Of a stretch of 61,947 nt of DNA, positions 21,645 to 34,420 are shown piece by piece. Within the stretch, counting starts at the first letter, position 1. Each line of letters starts with the position of its first letter. Position numbers and translations under genes: made by a program. This DNA is from Lama guanicoe (lineage: Eukaryota), in contig MU055888.1 in the NCBI GenBank assembly GCA_013239625.1, forward strand, positions 739,745 to 801,691, given 5' to 3'. Below the pieces are notes generated by a model. That model was not told the origin of the DNA, made no database searches, and saw only the letters and a program-made list of their open reading frames with translations.

Positions 21645-24515
21645 TAGTAGACAATTTGAATAGGCCTATAACTATTAAAGAAATTATACCAATTTTCTAC
21701 AATCTTCCAGAAGATAAAAATTGAGGGAGTACTTTCTAATTCATTCTATGAGACTATCATTGCCCAAATACCAAAACCAACCAAAGATACCACAAGAAAA
21801 AAAGAACTACAGACCAATATGAGCACAGATGCAAAAATCCTCAACAAAATATTAGCAGATCAAGGGGGGTTAGTAGAGCTTGAGTGGTAGAGTACATACT
21901 TAGTATGCACAAGGTCCTGGGCTGAATCTCCAGTACCTCCTCTAAAAATAAATAAATAAATCTAATTACCTGCCCCACCCCCAAAATGTTAGTGAACCAA
22001 ATCCAACAATGTATAAGAAGGATTTTTATCCCATGAACAAGTGGGATTTATCTCAGATATGCAAAGCTGGGTCTATATTTGAAAATCAGTGAATGCAATC
22101 CACCACATCAACAGGGCTAAAGAAGCAAAATCACATGATCTTATCAATAAGTACAGAAAAAAGCATTTGACAAAAATTCAACTTCCATTCATGATAAAAA
22201 AAAAGCTATCAGTAAATTAGGACTAGAGGGAACTTCCTCAACTTGATAAAGAATATCTACAAAAAATCTATAGCTAATGTCGCACTTAATGGTGAGAAAC
22301 TCAACTTTCCTGCTAAGATCAGGAACAAGGCAAGGATGTCCCTCCCACCTCTGCTTTTCAGCATTGTGCTGGAAGTCTAGCTAATGCAGGAAGACAAGAG
22401 AAGGAAATAAAAGGAATCGAGAAGGAAGAAATCAAACTGTCTTTGTTCACAGATAATACGATCATCCATACAGAAAATTTTAAATAATCAACAAAAAACT
22501 CCTAGAACTAATAAATAATCATAGCAAGGTAGCAGGATATAAGTTTAATATACAAAAAGCAATTGCTTTCCTACATACCAATAATGAACAAGTGGAATTT
22601 GAAATTAAAAACACATCATTTACATTAGCNNNNNNNNNNNNNNNNNNNNNNNNNNNNNNNNNNNNNNNNNNNNNNNNNNNNNNNNNNNNNNNNNNNNNNN
22701 NNNNNNNNNNNNNNNNNNNNNNNNNNNNNNNNNNNNNNNNNNNNNNNNNNNNNNNNNNNNNNNNNNNNNNNNNNNNNNNNNNNNNNATCTCAATTCTTCC
22801 CAAGATGATCTATAGATTCAAAGCAATCCTCATCAAAGTATCAGCTAGTTATTTTGAGGCTATCCACAAACTAATTCTAAAATTTCTATGGAGAGGCAAA
22901 AGGCCCAGAAGAGCCAACTTAATATTGAAGGAGGAAAAACAAAGTCAGAAGACTTGACTTCAAGACTTAATATAAAGCTACAGTAATTAAAACACCTTGG
23001 TATTGGTAAAAGATAGACAAATAGATGAAGGAACAGAAGAAACAGCCCAGAAATAGAGCCATATAAATACAGTCAACTGATCCTTAACACAGGAGTAAAA
23101 GCAATACAATGGGGAAAAGATAATCTTTTCCACAAATGGCACTGGAACAACCAAACATCCATATGCAAAAAGCTGAATCTAGATAGACTTTACACTCTTT
23201 ATAAAAATTAACTCAAAATGGATCATAAACTTAAACGTAAAACACAAAACTATAAAACTAGACCATAACATAAGAAAAACCTAAACGTTGGGTATGCCAA
23301 TGACTTTTTAGATACAATACCAAAGGCACAATCTGAGAAAGAAATCATCGGTCAGCTGGATTTCATTAACATTAGAAACTTCTGCTCTGTGATAATGTCA
23401 AGAGAATCAGAAGACAAGCCACTGACTGGGAGGAAATTTTTGCAAAATACACATCTAATAAAGGACTGTTATCTAAAATATATAAAGAACTCTTAAAACT
23501 CCACAGTAACAAAACACATAACCTGATTAAAAAATNNNNNNNNNNNNNNNNNNNNNNNNNNNNNNNNNNNNNNNNNNNNNNNNNNNNNNNNNNNNNNNNN
23601 NNNNNNNNNNNNNNNNNNNNNNNNNNNNNNNNNNNNNNNNNNNNNNNNNNNNNNNNNNNNNNNNNNNNNNNNNNNNNNNNNNNNNNNNNNNNNNNNNNNN
23701 NNNNNNNNNNNNNNNNNNNNNNNNNNNNNNNNNNNNNNNNNNNNNNNNNNNNNNNNNNNNNNNNNNNNNNNNNNNNNNNNNNNNNNNNNNNNNNNNNNNN
23801 NNNNNNNNNNNNNNNNNNNNNNNNNNNNNNNNNNNNNNNNNNNNNNNNNNNNNNNNNNNNNNNNNNNNNNNNNNNNNNNNNNNNNNNNNNNNNNNNNNNN
23901 NNNNNNNNNNTATAGCACCTTTACACCTAACTGTCAAAAACTTGGAAGCAACCAAGATGTCCTTCAGGAGGTGAATAGATANNNNNNNNNNNNNNNNNNN
24001 NNNNNNNNNNNNNNNNNNNNNNNNNNNNNNNNNNNNNNNNNNNNNNNNNNNNNNNNNNNNNNNNNNNNNNNNNNNNNNNNNNNNNNNNNNNNNNNNNNNN
24101 NNNNNNNNNNNNNNNNNNNNNNNNNNNNNNNNNNNNNNNNNNNNNNNNNNNNNNNNNNNNNNNNNNNNNNNNNNNNNNNNNNNNNNNNNNNNNNNNNNNN
24201 NNNNAGGGACAGGTCAACAGGATGGGTAATTAGAAGATTTTTAAGGCAATGAAAAGATTCTGTACAATTCTATAACGGTGGATATATGTCATTATACACT
24301 TGTCCAAACCCACAGAATGCACAACACTAAACTCTATTGTAAATATGGACTTTGGTGATGATGACGTCTCAGTGTGGGTTCATCAGTTGTAACAAACGTA
24401 TCACTATAGATGGTGGAGGGAGATGTGTGTTGGGGTGACAGAGGGTATGTGGGAAGTACTCTCTTGTTACATGTCACCCACTTCTGTTGTGAACCAAAAA
24501 CTGCTTTATTAAATA
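21645..24515 (+). mobile_element. Degenerate L1 ORF2 (reverse transcriptase region to C-terminus) and 3' UTR; non-functional
   Basis: Recognisable ORF2 DNA (gatgcaaaaatcctcaacaaaatattagca, aaagcatttgacaaaa, caggaacaaggcaaggatgtcc, ctttgttcacagataatacgatc). The peptide remnant SILPKMIYRFKAILIK...ILKFLWRGKRPRRA appears in the ORF track. Interrupted by stops, a SINE and N-runs. Confidence 0.9.
21864..21982 (+). mobile_element. Diverged Vic-1-like SINE inserted in L1 ORF2
   Basis: GAGCTTGAGTGGTAGAG...AAGGTCCTGGGCTGAATCTCCAGTACCTCC...(TAAA)nTCTAATTACC, with diverged TSD caaaatattagcagatcaa / caaaatgttagtgaaccaa. Confidence 0.8.
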
Positions 24516-27500
24516 TATACACACACACACACATAACAGTGCTGAGGGAGTAACTTTTGTTACTGTTGCTTTGTTTTTGGAGGGGTGGTGCAGATAAGTA
24601 AGGATTCTTGTTGCATTGTGAGTTGGTTGACTTCGAGGTGTTGCTAGTACTTACAGGCCACCAGAAAACTGAGGAAATCAGGACAGTGGTGATGCTGAGG
24701 TAATAGACCCAGAAGCTATTTCAAGTGGGGATGTGACAGTTGGTGGTGTGAGCCAAGAAGACAGCATGGCCTAGAGAGAGTAAAAGAAGGGGACCCGGAA
24801 GCTTTGGCCCTGGGGCAGTGGGCAGAGAAGCTGGTGGAGAGGCAGCCGTGTCTTGGCCACTCAGGGAGGACAGTTTTAGGGGAGACCAGGGCCTCTTCAG
24901 AGCACAGGTGCAGGGAGCTGGCAGGGAGGGGGAGGCTTGGGAGCACCCATTGGATCTGGCAAGGAGGGAGGCCAGCTTGGGGACAGGAGGGAGGTGGGGA
25001 GGTGTCGGACTACAGGGTTGGTTGAGGGTAGGGGAAGGGGGCTTCTTTTTCCCAGAATCTGCAGTTTGACAGGGAAGGTGAGAAGACAGAGGCTTGAGAA
25101 GGTGGCAGGGCTCAGAGAAGGTGTTTATAGGATGAGGAGATTGCGGGAGCGTTTATGGACTGAGGGGACAGCCTCGGAGAGAACCCAGAGCACAGGTGGA
25201 GGAGTAAGGAGCTTTTTTGTGGCTGGTCTCCCTGCATTGAAGAAAAGGTATTACACCAACTCTTAAACATTTTTTTGGAGAACACCCATAATTCCACCTT
25301 TCAGCTGGGTCAACGACTCCGTTTTCGCCTGAGGGGAAGAAGTGTGTACTGGCAGAAAGAGGAGGGTACCCCAAGGAGGTTGGGTCCCAGGACCTCGGCC
25401 TTCCCAGGGGCGGTAGACCAGGGGGCCCTGTGGGGGCCGGGCTGGGCGCTGGAGGCTCGCAACAGCCACGAGGGCGTTTATCATCGAACCCGTCAGAAAT
25501 GAATAAAAACACTGTCGTGACCCCCACCTCCCCACCCCTGCTTAGGGCACCCCTGACCCCCGCGCGTGGAGGGGGCGGGGAGGGCCTTGCCGCTGCGCGT
25601 GGGAGAGGCGGGGTGGTAATTGAATCCAGGGGCCTCGAGATGGAGGCCAATGGCTTTTCCCGAACTAATTAGAAGGATTTCATTTTTTTTTTTTTAAACC
25701 CAGGAAACAAATCCATATGGTCTGCCATTCATTTCTCAGGCTCTTTACCCTCCTGAAGTCGTAAATGTCGTGGGCTTTTTAGCACTGGAGGATTGGGAAG
25801 GGGGAGGGCCCCCAGGCTTAGGTTTCTCCGGCTGCAGCAGCCGGGTCCAGGATGGGGGGCCCCAGCGCCGGGGTCCTGCCCTCCCTCCCCCCAGCCGCTC
25901 AGCCACCTCGATCCCTGGGCCAGTCCGGCAGGCGCCTCCACCCAACCCACGCAAGGCCGCTGGGTCTGGTGTCCCCCGGACCTTTCCTCCCGCCAAAAAA
26001 ATCCCCCACCCAGCCTTTCTTCCTACCCTGCCCCTACGTGTCGCCCTCCCTCTGCCTCCCCCCAGCCCCCTGCACCGATGCCCACTGCTCTTTGTCTCTC
26101 TGCGGTCCTCCAAGAGCGACCTGTTTCCACCATCAGATTGGGAGCTGACCAGAGTCAAGAAACATGCCTTTTCCATCAGTCTGGGAGCTTCTTAAGGGTT
26201 GCTGCAAGCAACTTTTATCTGCTCTAAATAGCAGAAGGCACTGAGGTTAGATCTAAGGCAGGCAGAAGAGAGGGTGCAGAGCTTTGCTGTTTATACAGGG
26301 ATGGCTCAGGGTGCCTGAAAGACAAGAATCAGGAGCCAGACCCCAGCGTCACTCCTCGCAGGCACCACTGGCTGGCTCACTGCATGTCAGGGAGCCTCGG
26401 GTCCTCCTCCCACAGAACCAGGGCAGAGAGGGAAGCTGGAGACCAGGAGTTTGCTGAAAAATCAAGAAAGAAACTCTTCTGGCCATTGGCCAGTGACCTT
26501 GCTCAGAGCCTTCTAAGCTAGGAGGTGACTTTGGAAGACATGGGAGTGCGTGGGTGGGGAGGAAGGAGTCTGCTTTCTGCTCCTGAGTCTTCCAGAACTT
26601 ACTGGCTTTGGGAGTTTGTTTGCAGAGAATATCTTGCCTTTTGAGATCTGCCCCCTAAGAGGGGACTGTGAGAAGAGTCCAGGGTATTGAAGGCCCAAGG
26701 TCTCAGATGGGTTCCCACCTGCTGTGCATCTGTGGTGTGACCTTGTGAGTCACTCTACCTCTGTGAGCCTCAATTTCCTCATCTGTACAATGGGGTGATT
26801 ATACTAATAGCTGTTCATCAGGCACAGTGTTGGATGTCAAGATAAGAGCCAGTCCCTTGTTCTCCAGGAGTTTATAGTTCAGGTGAAATGAAGAAAGGAC
26901 TTTACTGAAAATCTGACAGGAGGTTGGGGGGGGTTGGAGGGGAGAGCAGCCCAGAAGGCAGACAGGTGTCTGATGGATTCATCTCCAGCCCTGTGTCAGC
27001 TGCAGCCAAACTCAGAGATTATCCCTGACTTTACATACCCCCCAACCCCACAGCCTTCCCCTCGCCCCTGTGAGGATGCCCAGACTCTGTCTGTCTTGCA
27101 AATTGATGTCTGTGGGTGGCTTCTCCTTCTAGACAGCCTGGATCGGGGACAGGTGTGAGCTGCTGGCCTGGTTGGAGCCAAAGGGACAACCATGAATGGC
27201 TTTTGCCAAAGCTTGTCAAGCTGGATTAAGTCACAGGGCTGGTCCCCATTAATGCGCTTCTGTCTCCACTTTCCTGCTCTCTTTGTCGTGTCTGAGTACA
27301 GCCTGCTTCTAGGTTCTCTTTCAATGGCATCCTCGCTGGACTGGGTGAAGGCTCCATGTGGAGGTGCTCTGAGCAGATTGGAGGGAGATGGGCTGAACCT
27401 GTTGCACGAGGAGGAACACAATCAGCACTCCATGGGCGTTTGAGCACCTTCTGTGCACAGGTGCTAGGGAGGAGGGCAAAGCCCTCAGTGGGGATGGGGA

Positions 27501-30461
27501 GGGTTACAGCGATAAAACAGCTTATAATTTAATAAAAGATAAAGTAAGGGCCCCAAATGGAGTAGGGTCCTTTCTCTGCAGTGCAGAGGAGATAGCCTGG
27601 AGGCCATGTGAAAGGGAGATCTGGGAGGACTTCCAGGAGGAGCTGGGAAAGGGATGTGGCTACAGGTAGGGTTGGGGAGACGGCCCCTAAGGCAGCCGGT
27701 GCAACAGTATAAGCCCCAAATGGGAAGCATGGATGGGACTCAGGGAATACAAGTCACCCAGTCTGGCTGCAGGGTGGGGGACAGGCTGGAAGGGCAGAGT
27801 GGTTTCCTGTGGGGGTCTTTAATGCCAGGATGGGGATGACAATGATTTAGATATCCACTGTGACCCAGGGTTGTACCAGGTCTAGCTTCATTTCAGGGAC
27901 CCACCTCGGGTTCCTGTGGGGCTACCCAGTGGGATCCAGCAGAGCTCAGTGTAGGGAGGGATGGGAGTATATTGAAAGAGTGGACGTTCCTGAATCCCAG
28001 ACTGAAGACTCAGGCCCTGAGACTCTCTGTGGAGGGTCAGAGAGGTGGGCAGTTGGGGATGGGCAGAGGGGTCCAGGCAGGGAACCCTCTCTCCCAGGTT
28101 GGGACCCAGCCTGGTCTTCTGACCCTTCCACCAAGCCTGGCCTGTGTGGCTCTGTGCCAGGCTCCCCCATGGCGCCAGGCTTCTGCAGCCTGGGTGGGGA
28201 GCTGGGAGCGGAGGGGAGGGGGTACCAGTGGCGCATCAGTGTTAAGACACCAGGCTCTGAACTGGGATCCCCTTACCCATGTGGGTTCCAGCTGTCCCTG
28301 CCACTCTCTGCAGGAGGGGGCAGGGGCTTCTGAAAGGGGAAGGAGCCTTTGGAAATACCTGAATGGGGTCAGCTTATCTTCAGTTTCCATCCCCCATCTA
28401 AATTCTGGTCCCCACTCCAGGCTCCCTGCCTTACCAGACCAGCTCTTCACCCCCGCTCTTCATCTTCACTTCATTCCCAGCACAACCACCTCTACCCTCA
28501 GCCCTTTGGCAGAAGGTGCTGCCTGGCCTGGGGGGAGAACAGGAGAAGAGGGCACAGGGATCAGGGTGAATGTGGCTCCCAGGCTGGCTTAGCCGCTTCC
28601 TATCAGGTTGCCTTGGGCAAATCTCTGGGTTTCAGTTGTCTCATCTATAAAGTGGGTACAGTAATACCTCTCTGGCAGGACTAATGAGACCATCATGTGA
28701 AATTACACCTGTGAGAGTGCTTTATCAACTTTAAAAGTTGGACAAAGTTTATCCGTTATCATTAAGCACTGTCTCCAGTTCACAGGCAGCTGTGCTGCTC
28801 AGTTCAGCCACCTTGGTGGCGCTGGTCAGCCCCCAGTCCCTTACGACCTCCAAGGCCTCTCCACCTCCACTAGACTTGAAGCCCAGAGTCCAGAGAATCG
28901 GGCTGTGGCTCCCAGTGACAGCCTCACCCCTACGCCTTCCTCTGCCCCTCTCCTCACTGCAGCCTTAAGGGCAGGTCCCCCAGGCTGGACTGTGGCTGCC
29001 ACTTTGTCCTCAGTGGAAGCTCTACTTTGATGAAGGGCTGCCAGGCATTCAGAGGGTCAATTCCCTTTGGTCAGCCTGAGACAGCCTGAAGGCCAGACAG
29101 CCAAGTAGACTTTCCCCTGCCAGGGGAGACATCGCCATGTTCCCAGGTGGGGGAGCCAAGCCCCTGTCCCAGACACCTGAGCTCCCTCCCCTGTCCCTTG
29201 GCTGGCCAGGTACTGCAATCTGGCCTAGACCTAAGCCTTCCCTCCCCAGCCCCCGCCCCTCACCAGAATAACGCCTCTGGGTTTGCCCTGGTCCGGGGTT
29301 TCTGGTAGCCTCCCTGGAGAGGCGTGAGGCAGGCCCCAGCCTGACAGGCATGTGGCACTCTCTGGGCACATGCCCAGCCCTTGTGTTACCCCAGGAAGAG
29401 GTGGGGCTTGGTGCCCAGGAAGAGCTGCCAAGGTGGTTTCTGCATGAACTTAATATGATTCTGGCAGTTTCTTCAGCCCAGGAAGGGAGGGAGGGAGTGA
29501 GGCGCTCACTCGCAGGGCCTAACGGCTGCTTAGCAAAGTCTCAGAGGTGGCATTTTGACAGATCTAGCTTGTGTTTCTCCTGGCAGAATCCCCTCCCATT
29601 TAGAATTTTTAGACAATTTCCTGCTTTGTTTTAACCGAACTTTGAACTCCTTGAGAACCAGGCACTGGTTCTTGCTAATTGATCCTGCATCAGTGGTGAT
29701 GAGATGGATGTGAGGGGGACGGAGGAATGGCTGGGGCTAGAGGGCAAGACGATGGCCAACATGAGGGGCAGGACCCTGAGGACCAAAGCTCACCCTCTTC
29801 AGCTGGCCTGGATCCTCAAGGACACACAGAAGAGCTGAGCTGGTGGAACAAGGCTGCAGGGTCCAGGATGAGAGGGTTGGCTCAAGGCAGCCTGGCTATA
29901 AACCTTATAGCTCCCTGACCAAGGAGATCACATCCTCCCTCCCTCTCTCTCCCCAGCGAAGTCCGTCCTTGTCCCAGGGCAAACCCTCTCACAGCCAAGC
30001 TCCTAGGAGAGTCATACAGGGACGTGTCCACTGTTTCACCTGCCGCCCTATCCTCTGACCACTGCCATCTGTCTCTTGCCTTTCCTCTCAATCCAATCCA
30101 GGGGCTCTTCCCAGCCTCCCCTTCTCAGGCCTCCCTGCAGCACTTACATTGGGAATCACCTGTTGTTCCTCCTAGAAATTTGCTACTTTCTTAGGCTCCC
30201 TTGATGTCACAAGTTCCAGGCCTTCCAACTCGCTGGCCCTTCGTGATCATCTCTGCCTCCTCAGTCTCCTTGGTCACCGAAGCAGGACCATCCTAAGGGC
30301 TCTCTTTCCCAGGGACCTCATCCAATAGCTGGCAGATGATTTTTAAGTGTTCCGCTGTAGCTCTGAAATTTCCCAGCTTCTGACTTGTAAAAAAACAAAT
30401 GACACCTGCCTTTTTCCTCTGAATGTCCCCAACAGACTTCCCAAACTCAATATGGAAACCT

Positions 30462-31047
30462 TTTTTTAACCCTAGCTTTGTTGAAATGTAATTGACATAT
30501 AACACTGTAGAAGTTTAAGGTGTATAGCATAATGATTTGATTGACATACATCATGAAATGTTTACCACAATAAGTTTAGTGAACATCCTTCATCTCATAT
30601 AGTTACAAAATTTAAGAAATAGAAAAACAATTTTTTTCCTTGTGATGAGAACTCAGGATTTACTCTCAACAACTTTCATATATAACGCACAGCCGTGTTA
30701 ATTATATTTATCATGTTGTATGTCTCCTTTTCTATGAGTTTGTTTGAAGTTTAATTGACCTACAACACTATGTTAGTTCCTGGTGCACAACATAGTGATT
30801 TAGTATTTCTATACATTGCAAAATTAGCGCCAGGATAAGTCTTGTTACCATCTGTCACCCAACGAAGATATTACTTTATTATTGACTATATTCCCCATCT
30901 TGTACATTTCATACTTGTGACTTACTTAGTTTGTAACTGGAAGTTTGTAACTCTTCATCTCCATTACCTGTTTCTTTCCTCCTCTCACTCCTTCGCCTCT
31001 GGCAACCACCTGCTTGTTCTCTGTATCTATGACTCTGTTTCTGTTTC
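30462..31047 (-). mobile_element. L1 3' end (L1MA9-like, two tandem 3'-end segments)
   Basis: ttgaaatgtaattgacatataacactgt...ttccttgtgatgagaactcaggatttactctc, then a second taattgacctacaacactatgttagttcc...ctctggcaaccacctgcttgttctctgtatctatgac. Confidence 0.75.
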
Positions 31048-31724
31048 AACATGGAAATCTGGATCTTCCATGAAAGCCTGCTCCTCCTCCGGGGCTCCGT
31101 CACTGTGAACAGCACCATCGTCCCCTCAGCTGCCAAAGCTAGAGCATGGGAGTCAGGTACTCCCTAATATTTCCTGAATTGCTTCCCTCTTTTCTTCCCC
31201 ACTGCTAGTTCCTGTGCCTGAAGCATCAACCTCCCAGTTGGTCTTCCTGCCACTCCTTCCAGAACACTCCTGCTCAGACAACCTCTGTAGTTCTCTGTTC
31301 GATCCAAATTCCTCAGCCTAGCATTCAAGTCCCTGCTAGACCTGCCTCGATTTTCACCCTGTTCCTGCTATTATCTCTGAAGGTTAAAGTCAGCTCCCCG
31401 CTCCGCATTCTTGTGCTTTGGCTCCAGCTGTTTCCTCCGCCAGAAGTATTCTCCCCACCTGTATTCCATCATCAAAATCCAAATCCCGTCCATCCTTTAA
31501 GGCTCAAATTAAGGCCTCCCCTCCAGGACCCTCCCCGGGTTCCCTCAGCTTTGAGAACTTGGCTCGGTCTTCGGAACCCAGTGGCTGCAGGATGCCTTAG
31601 TACCATGATATCCCTGCTGTTTCATGGGGATTCTTACTAGAAAGACAAACTTGGTCTGGGGGTGGAGTCCCGCTCAGGTTGCCTGGTGAGGAGGAACAAG
31701 CCCAAGTGTTGATCTAGGATGGGG

Positions 31725-32175
31725 ACTTACATTTGTTTTTTGGAGTGTCCCCTTTTGGTGACTGTACCTCAGTTTCCCCTGCTCAGCCCCAAAGTTTCTG
31801 GCGGGGCAACACCCTTGCCAAGTGGATGGAGCATGTGACCCAATCAGCGATCGCCATTTGCCAAATGGGCCAATCAGGACCAAGGACACCTGGAGACTTT
31901 TGCAGGATGGAGGCTGAGTCTCTCTCCCACAGGCTTGAACCTGAAGCCATGCAGCCAACATATCACTACAAGGGAAGAGTCTATGTGAGGGAATGGAGGC
32001 GAGAGACGGAGGGGGAGAAACTGGGTGCCGAGATTTTGCTTGAGTCTCTGAATCAAGCTGTGCCTAGAGCCAGCCCAACCCCTGGACCTTTCGTTTCTGA
32101 CGGACAGTAAATTCCTGTAAACCACTCTGGGTTGGGTTTTCTCCCTCTTACAACATAAAAAATCTGAACTGGTAC
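31725..32175 (+). mobile_element. Old MaLR LTR relic (MLT1J/K-like)
   Basis: ggagcatgtgacccaatcag...gggccaatcagg...tctgaatcaagctgtgcctagagccagccc...taaattcc...gggttgggttttct...tacaac. Confidence 0.6.
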
Positions 32176-33634
32176 GCAAGGTGAGGAAAGGGGAGCTCCC
32201 AGGTGGCTGGCTTCTGGGCTCTCAGCATGATCTTCCAGGAGGTCACAGCATGATCACCTGCGGCATCAAGGTCGACAAATGGAGGCCTGCCGTGCCGCTG
32301 GCCCACACATCCAATGCGGATCGCTGGCATCCCAAGGTGCGTAGGAGTAGAATGAGAACCATCTGGATTGTTGACTAAAGCCCTGGGCCCCGGGATGGGG
32401 TGGGCCTCTGGAATGTGGATGCTGAGCCCAGGCCCAAGCCAGACAGTGCTGAGGGTGTCTTAGGAGGGCATCAGGCTCCTAGGTGACACAGAGGGACCCC
32501 CTAGATTTAATAAGTCATTAGAAAATGGGAAGGGTATTTGTGCATTCCCATACTTTTCCAAAGGGAACAGTCCCCACCCAGGGAGGAGACCCAATCCCAC
32601 CCTTCCCAGGAGCCCTTTGGGAATGTTGCTGGAAACAGCTGGAGCAGGGATTGCGGGAAGGGAGCAAAGGGATTGGGAAGTGCTTGGATGCTGTAGGAAG
32701 AGGGCAGGACTGAGTGCCCTGGGAGTGATGGAGGGGTGAGTGTTGGAACACTCTTTGGTGTTATTCCACTTAGAGCCTTAGGGAAATGATCCTGACCTCA
32801 CCTCTGAGATGATTGGAGGGCTGGAATAGGTAGAATTGGGGTGTGGAGAATAGGGCCACTCAGGGTCTGCCTGGAGAGCGAATCTGGGTGCCCACCTCAA
32901 TGAGGGTGTTGCATCCAAGATCCCCAAGGATGTGTGTTGAGAACTGGGGGGTCTCTGATGGAGCTGGAGAGTGATCTGGAGCCCAGGTGGGACCCAGGGG
33001 AGCCTGGTGTAGGTGGGAGGGATCAGCATGAGGGCAGGGGGTATTGGGGAAGACAGGGAGCTGGAAGCTGAAGGAGCTCCCCCTGGCCTCAGCCCTTCTG
33101 AATCCAGATGCCTGGAGCCTCAATCTTATCCCCTGGCCTCCTGCCTACCAGCTGCCACAAAGCTGGGGGAAATCTGCTTTGTATTATCAGAGGAGCTGCC
33201 TTCCCCAGGCATCTGGTCAGCAAAACCCACAGCCCAGAGCACCATGGGAAGTGCCTTCTGACCCCAGCTTGGGCTCAGTCCCTTCTTCCCCTGAAGCTGT
33301 GGGTTACAGGCTCAGTGGCCCCATCACACCCCTCCCCAGGGATGAAGCAGCCTTTCCTATTGTTCCAAGTCCCATCTTAGCTTCGTTGCACTGGATGAAA
33401 GAGGGGAGGGAGGCACTGGGGGAAGAGACGGGGCCCTGATGGGCAGACAAAGATGAAAGGTCTCGTCCTCTAACTTCGGCAATGAAAGGGACAAAGAGAA
33501 GCTCCCTGGCCTGAGGGGAGAGGAGCGAGGCCCAGGAGACTGATGACACAGGAAGAAACAAGGGAGCATCTCTCTGCCCTCTGAACCAGGGCTCAGAATG
33601 AGCGTCGGCCCTGGCAGGTATGACTCTAGAGGTA

Positions 33635-33926
33635 GTGGCCAGACGTGGCAACCGCTAGCCAAGTGCAGCTATCGAGCACTGGAAATGGGGCTGATCCAGA
33701 CTGGGATGTGCTGGATTTTGAAACCTTAGTAGAAAAAAATAATAATAATTTAGAAATACCGATTATACTTTGAAAAGATATGCTGGATTTAGAGGGCTAA
33801 GTGAAATATACGAGGATGCTCATCTCACCTATTTCTTTTTATTTCTTTTTACTTTTGTAATATGGCCACTAAAAACTTGAAAATCACACACGTCACTCGT
33901 ATTATATTTCTATCGCGCAGTGCTGC
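33635..33926 (-). mobile_element. MER33-like hAT-Charlie non-autonomous DNA transposon
   Basis: gtggcaaccgctagcc...atcgagcactggaaatggggct...gattttgaaaccttagta...atatggccactaaaaacttgaaaatcaca...attatatttctat...cagtgctg matches the MER33 layout as I recall it. Confidence 0.7.
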
Positions 33927-33934
33927 TTTCGAGC

Positions 33935-34420
33935 ATATTCATTCATTCATTTATTCAACAACTTTTTATTGAGAGCTAGCTACGTGCCAGGCAAAGGGTT
34001 GAGGATTAGACGGTGAGCGAAACCAGATCCTGTCTCTGGTTTCCTGGAGTTTACAGTAATCAAATAATCACTCAGACGGGTGCTTAATTGCTAAGAGAGA
34101 TAAGTGGTCTAAAGAGAAGGAGTTGAACTTGATGTGCTCTGAACCTGGACTCAAGAAACCTGACTGGTGTCCAGAGTACAGCGAGGGCTTCCCCAAAGAA
34201 GCACTGAACTGGGAGGTAACTTGAGAAAGAAGGGGAGTTTTATAGAAGGGACAGAATGTGCAAAGGCCCCGTGGCTGGAAGGAACATTGAAGCTTGAAGA
34301 ATTGTGAGGAGGCTGCTTGGAGGAAGCACAGAGAGTGAGGAAGAGGACAGCTGGAAGCAGGCAGTGAGTCTGGAGGAGTTGGCAGGGCCTCACATAGCCT
34401 CCAAGGCCACGTGAAAGATG
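33935..34420 (-). mobile_element. L2 3' end
   Basis: (ATTC)n tail followed by tttattgagagctagctacgtgccaggca...gaatgtgcaaaggcccc. Confidence 0.7.

Noticed and set aside
19807-24252. ORFs composed largely of X
   Set aside because: Artefacts of N-runs inside dead L1 copies.
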